From Auanema rhodensis (taxonomy: Eukaryota; Animalia; Nematoda): a DNA stretch of 64,000 nt. A model generated the notes under the pieces. It saw only the letters and a program-made list of their open reading frames with translations. It was not told the DNA's origin and ran no database searches. The position numbers were made by a program, and so were the translations under genes. The stretch is from NCBI GenBank assembly GCA_964057225.1, contig CAXKVF010000084.1:62001-126000 (forward strand). The letters run 5' to 3'. This document shows positions 1 through 11,600 of the stretch, piece by piece (the stretch's first letter is position 1; every line of letters begins with the position of its first letter).

Positions 1-30
1 CATAAATTGAAGTTCACGTAAATTTCAAAG

Positions 31-45
31 TCATGGTTACCATGA
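31..45. other. 15-bp dyad TCATGGT-T-ACCATGA (7-bp arms, BstEII-type GGTNACC core), present once per monomer
   Basis: Read directly. Arms are 7 bp when pos 45 is A and 6 bp in CAC-type monomers. Confidence 0.95.
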
Positions 46-123
46 AGCAATATCAATAAAAATTTGTTTTTAGACTAATATGGACATGGGGAATCTAAAT
101 TTGAAAACCGCATCTCTTTATCT

Positions 124-133
124 TTCACGTGAA
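124..133. other. Perfect 10-bp palindrome TTCACGTGAA containing an E-box/G-box (CACGTG), once per monomer
   Basis: Read directly; protein binding is not demonstrated. Confidence 0.9.
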
Positions 134-149
134 GCAAGTTACATACCAA

Positions 150-175
150 GTGCACATCACGTGTACATTTAATTA
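150..175. other. Palindrome cluster GTGCAC / CACGTG / TGTACA / TAATTA, once per monomer
   Basis: Four 6-bp palindromes within 26 bp (pos 150-155, 158-163, 162-167, 170-175). Confidence 0.9.
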
Positions 176-2640
176 GCATGAATTAAAGTTCACGTAAATT
201 TCAAAGTCATGGTTACCATGCACCAATATCAATAAAAATTTGTTTTTAGACTAATATGGACATGGGGAATCTAATTTTGAAAACCGCATCTCTTTATCTT
301 TCACGTGAAGCGAGTTACATACCAAGTGCACATCACGTGTACATTTAATTAGCATAAATTAAAGTTCACGTAAATTTCAAAGTCATGGTTACCATGCACC
401 AATATCAATAAAAATTTGTTTTTAGACTAATATGGACATGGGGGATCTAATTTTGAAAACCGCATCTCTTTATCTTTCACGTGAAGCGAGTTACATACCA
501 AGTGCACATCACGTGTACATTTAATTAGCATAAATTAAAGTTCACGTAAATTTCAAAGTCATGGTTACCATGAAGCAATATCAATAAAAATTTGTTTTTA
601 GACTAATATGGACATGGGGAATCTAATTTTGAAAACCGCATCTCTTTATCTTTCATGTGAAGCGAGTTACATACCAAGTGCACATCACGTGTACATTTAA
701 TTAGCATAAATTAAAGTTCACGTAAATTTCAAAGTCATGGTTACCATGCACCAATATCAATAAAAATTTGTTTTTAGACTAATATGGACATGGGGGATCT
801 AATTTTGAAAACCGCATCTCTTTATCTTTCACGTGAAGCGAGTTACATACCAAGTGCACATCACGTGTACATTTAATTAGCATAAATTAAAGTTCACGTA
901 AATTTCAAAGTCATGGTTACCATGAACCAATATCAATAAAAATTCGTTTTTAGACTAATATGGACATGGGGAATCTAATTTTGAAAACCGCATCTCTTTA
1001 TCTTTCATGTGAAGCGAGTTACATACCAAGTGCACATCACGTGTACATTTAATTAGCATAAATTAAAGTTCACGTAAATTTCAAAGTCATGGTTACCATG
1101 CACCAATATCAATAAAAATTTGTTTTTAGACTAATATGGACATGGGGGATCTAATTTTGAAAACCGCATCTCTTTATCTTTCACGTGAAGCGAGTTACAT
1201 ACCAAGTGCACATCACGTGTACATTTAATTAGCATAAATTAAAGTTCACGTAAATTTCAAAGTCATGGTTACCATGAACCAATATCAATAAAAATTCGTT
1301 TTTAGACTAATATGGACATGGGGAATCTAATTTTGAAAACCGCATCTCTTTATCTTTCATGTGAAGCGAGTTACATACCAAGTGCACATCACGTGTACAT
1401 TTAATTAGCATAAATTAAAGTTCACGTAAATTTCAAAGTCATGGTTACCATGAACCAATATCAATAAAAATTTGTTTTTAGACTAATATGGACATGGGGA
1501 ATCTAATTTTGAAAACCGCATCTCTTTATCTTTCACGTGAAGCGAGTTACATACTAAGTGCACATCACGTGTACATTTAATTAGCATAAATTAAAGTTCA
1601 CGTAAATTTCAAAGTCATGGTTACCATGAAGCAATATCAATAAAAATTTGTTTTTAGACTAATATGGACATGGGGAATCTAATTTTGAAAACCGCATCTC
1701 TTTATCTTTCACGTGAAGCGAGTTACATACCAAGTGCACATCACGTGTACATTTAATTAGCATAAATTAAAGTTCACGTAAATTTCAAAGTCATGGTTAC
1801 CATGAAGCAATATCAATAAAAATTTGTTTTTAGACTAATATGGACATGGGGAATCTAATTTTGAAAACCGCATCTCTTTATCTTTCACGTGAAGCGAGTT
1901 ACATACCAAGTGCACATCACGTGTACATTTAATTAGCATAAATTAAAGTTCACGTAAATTTCAAAGTCATGGTTACCATGAAGCAATATCAATAAAAATT
2001 TGTTTTTAGACTAATATGGACATGGGGAATCTAATTTTGAAAACCGCATCTCTTTATCTTTCACGTGAAGCGAGTTACATACCAAGTGCACATCACGTGT
2101 ACATTTAATTAGCATAAATTGAAGTTCACGTAAATTTCAAAGTCATGGTTACCATGAAGCAATATCAATAAAAATTTGTTTTTAGACTAATATGGACATG
2201 GGGAATCTAAATTTGAAAACCGCATCTCTTTATCTTTCACGTGAAGCAAGTTACATACCAAGAGCACATCACGTGTACATTTAATTAGCATGAATTAAAG
2301 TTCACGTAAATTTCAAAGTCATGGTTACCATGCACCAATATCAATAAAAATTTGTTTTTAGACTAATATGGACATGGGGAATCTAATTTTGAAAACCGCA
2401 TCTCTTTATCTTTCACGTGAAGCGAGTTACATACCAAGTGCACATCACGTGTACATTTAATTAGCATAAATTAAAGTTCACGTAAATTTCAAAGTCATGG
2501 TTACCATGCACCAATATCAATAAAAATTTGTTTTTAGACTAATATGGACATGGGGGATCTAATTTTGAAAACCGCATCTCTTTATCTTTCACGTGAAGCG
2601 AGTTACATACCAAGTGCACATCACGTGTACATTTAATTAG

Positions 2641-5600
2641 CATAAATTAAAGTTCACGTAAATTTCAAAGTCATGGTTACCATGAAGCAATATCAATAAA
2701 AATTTGTTTTTAGACTAATATGGACATGGGGAATCTAATTTTGAAAACCGCATCTCTTTATCTTTCACGTGAAGCGAGTTACATACCAAGTGCACATCAC
2801 GTGTACATTTAATTAGCATAAATTAAAGTTCACGTAAATTTCAAAGTCATGGTTACCATTAACCAATATCAATAAAAATTTGTTTTTAGACTAATATGGA
2901 CATGGGGAATCTAATTTTGAAAACCGCATCTCTTTATCTTTCATGTGAAGCGAGTTACATACCAAGTGCACATCACGTGTACATTTAATTAGCATAAATT
3001 AAAGTTCACGTAAATTTCAAAGTCATGGTTACCATGAACCAATATCAATAAAAATTTGTTTTTAGACTAATATGGACATGGGGAATCTAATTTTGAAAAC
3101 CGCATCTCTTTATCTTTCACGTGAAGCGAGTTACATACCAAGTGCACATCACGTGTACATTTAATTAGCATAAATTAAAGTTCACGTAAATTTCAAAGTC
3201 ATGGTTACCATGAAGCAATATCAATAAAAATTTGTTTTTAGACTAATATGGACATGGGGAATCTAATTTTGAAAACCGCATCTCTTTATCTTTCACGTGA
3301 AGCGAGTTACATACCAAGTGCACATCACGTGTACATTTAATTAGCATAAATTAAAGTTCACGTAAATTTCAAAGTCATGGTTACCATGAAGCAATATCAA
3401 TAAAAATTTGTTTTTAGACTAATATGGACATGGGGAATCTAATTTTGAAAACCGCATCTCTTTATCTTTCACGTGAAGCGAGTTACATACCAAGTGCACA
3501 TCACGTGTACATTTAATTAGCATAAATTAAAGTTCACGTAAATTTCAAAGTCATGGTTACCATGAAGCAATATCAATAAAAATTTGTTTTTAGACTAATA
3601 TGGACATGGGGAATCTAATTTCGAAAACCGCATCTCTTTATCTTTCACGTGAAGCGAGTTACATACCAAGTGCACATCACGTGTACATTTAATTAGCATA
3701 AATTAAAGTTCACGTAAATTTCAAAGTCATGGTTACCATGAAGCAATATCAATAAAAATTTGTTTTTAGACTAATATGGACATGGGGAATCTAATTTTGA
3801 AAACCGCATCTCTTTATCTTTCACGTGAAGCGAGTTACATACCAAGTGCACATCACGTGTACATTTAATTAGCATAAATTAAAGTTCACGTAAATTTCAA
3901 AGTCATGGTTACCATGAAGCAATATCAATAAAAATTTGTTTTTAGACTAATATGGACATGGGGAATCTAATTTTGAAAACCGCATCTCTTTATCTTTCAC
4001 GTGAAGCGAGTTACATACCAAGTGCACATCACGTGTACATTTAATTAGCATAAATTAAAGTTCACGTAAATTTCAAAGTCATGGTTACCATGAAGCAATA
4101 TCAATAAAAATTTGTTTTTAGACTAATATGGACATGGGGAATCTAATTTCGAAAACCGCATCTCTTTATCTTTCACGTGAAGCGAGTTACATACCAAGTG
4201 CACATCACGTGTACATTTAATTAGCATAAATTAAAGTTCACGTAAATTTCAAAGTCATGGTTACCATGAACCAATATCAATAAAAATTTGTTTTTAGACT
4301 AATATGGACATGGGGAATCTAATTTTGAAAACCGCATCTCTTTATCTTTCACGTGAAGCGAGTTACATACCAAGTGCACATCACGTGTACATTTAATTAG
4401 CATAAATTAAAGTTCACGTAAATTTCAAAGTCATGGTTACCATGAAGCAATATCAATAAAAATTTGTTTTTAGACTAATATGGACATGGGGAATCTAATT
4501 TTGAAAACCGCATCTCTTTATCTTTCACGTGAAGCGAGTTACATACCAAGTGCACATCACGTGTACATTTAATTAGCATAAATTAAAGTTCACGTAAATT
4601 TCAAAGTCATGGTTACCATGAAGCAATATCAATAAAAATTTGTTTTTAGACTAATATGGACATGGGGAATCTAATTTCGAAAACCGCATCTCTTTATCTT
4701 TCACGTGAAGCGAGTTACATACCAAGTGCACATCACGTGTACATTTAATTAGCATAAATTAAAGTTCACGTAAATTTCAAAGTCATGGTTACCATGAACC
4801 ATTATCAATAAAAATTTGTTTTTAGACTAATATGGACATGGGGAATCTAATTTTGAAAACCGCATCTTTTTATCTTTCACGTGAAGCGAGTTACATACCA
4901 AGTGCACATCACGTGTACATTTAATTAGCATAAATTGAAGTTCACGTAAATTTCAAAGTCATGGTTACCATGAAGCAATATCAATAAAAATTTGTTTTTA
5001 GACTAATATGGACATGGGGAATCTAAATTTGAAAACCGCATCTCTTTATCTTTCACGTGAAGCAAGTTACATACCAAGTGCACATCACGTGTACATTTAA
5101 TTAGCATGAATTAAAGTTCACGTAAATTTCAAAGTCATGGTTACCATGCACCAATATCAATAAAAATTTGTTTTTAGACTAATATGGACATGGGGAATCT
5201 AATTTTGAAAACCGCATCTCTTTATCTTTCACGTGAAGCGAGTTACATACCAAGTGCACATCACGTGTACATTTAATTAGCATAAATTAAAGTTCACGTA
5301 AATTTCAAAGTCATGGTTACCATGCACCAATATCAATAAAAATTTGTTTTTAGACTAATATGGACATGGGGGATCTAATTTTGAAAACCGCATCTCTTTA
5401 TCTTTCACGTGAAGCGAGTTACATACCAAGTGCACATCACGTGTACATTTAATTAGCATAAATTAAAGTTCACGTAAATTTCAAAGTCATGGTTACCATG
5501 AAGCAATATCAATAAAAATTTGTTTTTAGACTAATATGGACATGGGGAATCTAATTTTGAAAACCGCATCTCTTTATCTTTCATGTGAAGCGAGTTACAT

Positions 5601-8600
5601 ACCAAGTGCACATCACGTGTACATTTAATTAGCATAAATTAAAGTTCACGTAAATTTCAAAGTCATGGTTACCATGCACCAATATCAATAAAAATTTGTT
5701 TTTAGACTAATATGGACATGGGGGATCTAATTTTGAAAACCGCATCTCTTTATCTTTCACGTGAAGCGAGTTACATACCAAGTGCACATCACGTGTACAT
5801 TTAATTAGCATAAATTAAAGTTCACGTAAATTTCAAAGTCATGGTTACCATGAACCAATATCAATAAAAATTCGTTTTTAGACTAATATGGACATGGGGA
5901 ATCTAATTTTGAAAACCGCATCTCTTTATCTTTCATGTGAAGCGAGTTACATACCAAGTGCACATCACGTGTACATTTAATTAGCATAAATTAAAGTTCA
6001 CGTAAATTTCAAAGTCATGGTTACCATGCACCAATATCAATAAAAATTTGTTTTTAGACTAATATGGACATGGGGGATCTAATTTTGAAAACCGCATCTC
6101 TTTATCTTTCACGTGAAGCGAGTTACATACCAAGTGCACATCACGTGTACATTTAATTAGCATAAATTAAAGTTCACGTAAATTTCAAAGTCATGGTTAC
6201 CATGAAGCAATATCAATAAAAATTTGTTTTAAGACTAATATGGACATGGGGAATCTAATTTTGAAAACCGCATCTCTTTATCTTTCACGTGAAGCGAGTT
6301 ACATACCAAGTGCACATCACGTGTACATTTAATTAGCATAAATTAAAGTTCACGTAAATTTCAAAGTCATGGTTACCATGAACCAATATCAATAAAAATT
6401 CGTTTTTAGACTAATATGGACATGGGGAATCTAATTTTGAAAACCGCATCTCTTTATCTTTCATGTGAAGCGAGTTACATACCAAGTGCACATCACGTGT
6501 ACATTTAATTAGCATAAATTAAAGTTCACGTAAATTTCAAAGTCATGGTTACCATGAACCAATATCAATAAAAATTTGTTTTTAGACTAATATGGACATG
6601 GGGAATCTAATTTTGAAAACCGCATCTCTTTATCTTTCACGTGAAGCGAGTTACATACTAAGTGCACATCACGTGTACATTTAATTAGCATAAATTAAAG
6701 TTCACGTAAATTTCAAAGTCATGGTTACCATGAAGCAATATCAATAAAAATTTGTTTTTAGACTAATATGGACATGGGGAATCTAATTTTGAAAACCGCA
6801 TCTCTTTATCTTTCACGTGAAGCGAGTTACATACCAAGTGCACATCACGTGTACATTTAATTAGCATAAATTAAAGTTCACGTAAATTTCAAAGTCATGG
6901 TTACCATGAAGCAATATCAATAAAAATTTGTTTTTAGACTAATATGGACATGGGGAATCTAATTTTGAAAACCGCATCTCTTTATCTTTCACGTGAAGCG
7001 AGTTACATACCAAGTGCACATCACGTGTACATTTAATTAGCATAAATTAAAGTTCACGTAAATTTCAAAGTCATGGTTACCATGAAGCAATATCAATAAA
7101 AATTTGTTTTTAGACTAATATGGACATGGGGAATCTAATTTTGAAAACCGCATCTCTTTATCTTTCACGTGAAGCGAGTTACATACCAAGTGCACATCAC
7201 GTGTACATTTAATTAGCATAAATTGAAGTTCACGTAAATTTCAAAGTCATGGTTACCATGAAGCAATATCAATAAAAATTTGTTTTTAGACTAATATGGA
7301 CATGGGGAATCTAAATTTGAAAACCGCATCTCTTTATCTTTCACGTGAAGCAAGTTACATACCAAGAGCACATCACGTGTTCATTTAATTAGCATGAATT
7401 AAAGTTCACGTAAATTTCAAAGTCATGGTTACCATGCACCAATATCAATAAAAATTTGTTTTTAGACTAATATGGACATGGGGAATCTAATTTTGAAAAC
7501 CGCATCTCTTTATCTTTCACGTGAAGCGAGTTACATACCAAGTGCACATCACGTGTACATTTAATTAGCATAAATTAAAGTTCACGTAAATTTCAAAGTC
7601 ATGGTTACCATGCACCAATATCAATAAAAATTTGTTTTTAGACTAATATGGACATGGGGGATCTAATTTTGAAAACCGCATCTCTTTATCTTTCACGTGA
7701 AGCGAGTTACATACCAAGTGCACATCACGTGTACATTTAATTAGCATAAATTAAAGTTCACGTAAATTTCAAAGTCATGGTTACCATGAAGCAATATCAA
7801 TAAAAATTTGTTTTTAGACTAATATGGACATGGGGAATCTAATTTTGAAAACCGCATCTCTTTATCTTTCACGTGAAGCGAGTTACATACCAAGTGCACA
7901 TCACGTGTACATTTAATTAGCATAAATTAAAGTTCACGTAAATTTCAAAGTCATGGTTACCATTAACCAATATCAATAAAAATTTGTTTTTAGACTAATA
8001 TGGACATGGGGAATCTAATTTTGAAAACCGCATCTCTTTATCTTTCATGTGAAGCGAGTTACATACCAAGTGCACATCACGTGTACATTTAATTAGCATA
8101 AATTAAAGTTCACGTAAATTTCAAAGTCATGGTTACCATGAACCAATATCAATAAAAATTTGTTTTTAGACTAATATGGACATGGGGAATCTAATTTTGA
8201 AAACCGCATCTCTTTATCTTTCACGTGAAGCGAGTTACATACCAAGTGCACATCACGTGTACATTTAATTAGCATAAATTAAAGTTCACGTAAATTTCAA
8301 AGTCATGGTTACCATGAAGCAATATCAATAAAAATTTGTTTTTAGACTAATATGGACATGGGGAATCTAATTTTGAAAACCGCATCTCTTTATCTTTCAC
8401 GTGAAGCGAGTTACATACCAAGTGCACATCACGTGTACATTTAATTAGCATAAATTAAAGTTCACGTAAATTTCAAAGTCATGGTTACCATGAAGCAATA
8501 TCAATAAAAATTTGTTTTTAGACTAATATGGACATGGGGAATCTAATTTTGAAAACCGCATCTCTTTATCTTTCACGTGAAGCGAGTTACATACCAAGTG

Positions 8601-11600
8601 CACATCACGTGTACATTTAATTAGCATAAATTAAAGTTCACGTAAATTTCAAAGTCATGGTTACCATGAAGCAATATCAATAAAAATTTGTTTTTAGACT
8701 AATATGGACATGGGGAATCTAATTTCGAAAACCGCATCTCTTTATCTTTCACGTGAAGCGAGTTACATACCAAGTGCACATCACGTGTACATTTAATTAG
8801 CATAAATTAAAGTTCACGTAAATTTCAAAGTCATGGTTACCATGAACCAATATCAATAAAAATTTGTTTTTAGACTAATATGGACATGGGGAATCTAATT
8901 TTGAAAACCGCATCTCTTTATCTTTCACGTGAAGCGAGTTACATACCAAGTGCACATCACGTGTACATTTAATTAGCATAAATTAAAGTTCACGTAAATT
9001 TCAAAGTCATGGTTACCATGCACCAATATCAATAAAAATTTGTTTTTAGACTAATATGGACATGGGGAATCTAATTTTGAAAACCGCATCTCTTTATCTT
9101 TCACGTGAAGCGAGTTACATACCAAGTGCACATCACGTGTACATTTAATTAGCATAAATTAAAGTTCACGTAAATTTCAAAGTCATGGTTACCATGCACC
9201 AATATCAATAAAAATTTGTTTTTAGACTAATATGGACATGGGGAATCTAATTTTGAAAACCGCATCTCTTTATCTTTCACGTGAAGCGAGTTACATACCA
9301 AGTGCACATCACGTGAACATTTAATTAGCATAAATTAAAGTTCACGTAAATTTCAAAGTCATGGTTACCATGAACCAATATCAATAAAAATTTGTTTTTA
9401 GACTAATATGGACATGGGGAATCTAATTTTGAAAACCGCATCTCTTTATCTTTCACGTGAAGCGAGTTACATACCAAGTGCACATCACGTGTACATTTAA
9501 TTAGCATAAATTAAAGTTCACGTAAATTTCAAAGTCATGGTTACCATGAAGCAATATCAATAAAAATTTGTTTTTAGACTAATATGGACATGGGGAATCT
9601 AATTTTGAAAACCGCATCTCTTTATCTTTCACGTGAAGCGAGTTACATACCAAGTGCACATCACGTGTACATTTAATTAGCATAAATTAAAGTTCACGTA
9701 AATTTCAAAGTCATGGTTACCACGAACCAATATCAATAAAAATTTGTTTTTAGACTAATATGGACATGGGGAATCTAATTTTGAAAACCGCATCTCTTTA
9801 TCTTTCACGTGAAGCGAGTTACATACCAAGTGCACATCACGTGTACATTTAATTAGCATAAATTAAAGTTCACGTAAAATTCAAAGTCATGGTTACCATG
9901 CACCAATATCAATAAAAATTTGTTTTTAGACTAATATGGACATGGGGAATCTAATTTTGAAAACCGCATCTCTTTATCTTTCACGTGAAGCGAGTTACAT
10001 ACCAAGTGCACATCACGTGTACATTTAATTAGCATAAATTAAAGTTCACGTAAATTTCAAAGTCATGGTTACCATGAAGCAATATCAATAAAAATTTGTT
10101 TTTAGACTAATATGGACATGGGGAATCTAATTTTGAAAACCGCATCTCTTTATCTTTCACGTGAAGCGAGTTACATACCAAGTGCACATCACGTGTACAT
10201 TTAATTAGCATAAATTAAAGTTCACGTAAATTTCAAAGTCATGGTTACCATTAACCAATATCAATAAAAATTTGTTTTTAGACTAATATGGACATGGGGA
10301 ATCTAATTTTGAAAACCGCATCTCTTTATCTTTCATGTGAAGCGAGTTACATACCAAGTGCACATCACGTGTACATTTAATTAGCATAAATTAAAGTTCA
10401 CGTAAATTTCAAAGTCATGGTTACCATGAACCAATATCAATAAAAATTTGTTTTTAGACTAATATGGACATGGGGAATCTAATTTTGAAAACCGCATCTC
10501 TTTATCTTTCACGTGAAGCGAGTTACATACCAAGTGCACATCACGTGTACATTTAATTAGCATAAATTAAAGTTCACGTAAATTTCAAAGTCATGGTTAC
10601 CATGAAGCAATATCAATAAAAATTTGTTTTTAGACTAATATGGACATGGGGAATCTAATTTTGAAAACCGCATCTCTTTATCTTTCACGTGAAGCGAGTT
10701 ACATACCAAGTGCACATCACGTGTACATTTAATTAGCATAAATTAAAGTTCACGTAAATTTCAAAGTCATGGTTACCATGAAGCAATATCAATAAAAATT
10801 TGTTTTTAGACTAATATGGACATGGGGAATCTAATTTTGAAAACCGCATCTCTTTATCTTTCACGTGAAGCGAGTTACATACCAAGTGCACATCACGTGT
10901 ACATTTAATTAGCATAAATTAAAGTTCACGTAAATTTCAAAGTCATGGTTACCATGAAGCAATATCAATAAAAATTTGTTTTTAGACTAATATGGACATG
11001 GGGAATCTAATTTCGAAAACCGCATCTCTTTATCTTTCACGTGAAGCGAGTTACATACCAAGTGCACATCACGTGTACATTTAATTAGCATAAATTAAAG
11101 TTCACGTAAATTTCAAAGTCATGGTTACCATGAAGCAATATCAATAAAAATTTGTTTTTAGACTAATATGGACATGGGGAATCTAATTTTGAAAACCGCA
11201 TCTCTTTATCTTTCACGTGAAGCGAGTTACATACCAAGTGCACATCACGTGTACATTTAATTAGCATAAATTAAAGTTCACGTAAATTTCAAAGTCATGG
11301 TTACCATGAAGCAATATCAATAAAAATTTGTTTTTAGACTAATATGGACATGGGGAATCTAATTTTGAAAACCGCATCTCTTTATCTTTCACGTGAAGCG
11401 AGTTACATACCAAGTGCACATCACGTGTACATTTAATTAGCATAAATTAAAGTTCACGTAAATTTCAAAGTCATGGTTACCATGAAGCAATATCAATAAA
11501 AATTTGTTTTTAGACTAATATGGACATGGGGAATCTAATTTCGAAAACCGCATCTCTTTATCTTTCACGTGAAGCGAGTTACATACCAAGTGCACATCAC

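Larger units (their letters stand above)
1..8800 (+). repeat. Older duplicated block: monomers 1-21 (1-3696) versus monomers 29-50 (4929-8800), offset 28 then 29 monomers
   Basis: Same variant order. The second copy has one extra monomer (6161-6336) and an extra SNP (GTGTTCAT at 7381). Confidence 0.88.

Noticed and set aside
45-47. AAG/AAC/CAC order as an encoded message, and absence of CAG as selection
   Set aside because: The order is explained by block duplications. CAG would need recombination within 2 bp or a recurrent mutation, so its absence is expected.
55-60. AATAAA polyadenylation signal and a nearby TTTTTAG splice-acceptor-like motif in each monomer
   Set aside because: Expected by chance in 68% AT sequence, with no gene context.
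1-176. Assignment to known satellites of similar size (Brassica CentBr, Arabidopsis CEN178, primate alpha, honeybee AluI)
   Set aside because: No recognisable sequence similarity, and the monomer has no AAGCTT or AGCT site. Length alone is not evidence; a database search is needed.
1-176. Tandem 5S rRNA, tRNA, snRNA or spliced-leader gene array
   Set aside because: No recognisable A/B/C boxes, cloverleaf or conserved RNA sequence. A U-rich AATTTGTTTTTAG stretch alone is insufficient. An Rfam/Infernal scan would settle it.
3619-3636. CENP-B box created by TTCG variants (TTTCGAAAACCGC; ATTCGTTTTT)
   Set aside because: They lack the required A and CGGG of the NTTCGNNNNANNCGGGN core.
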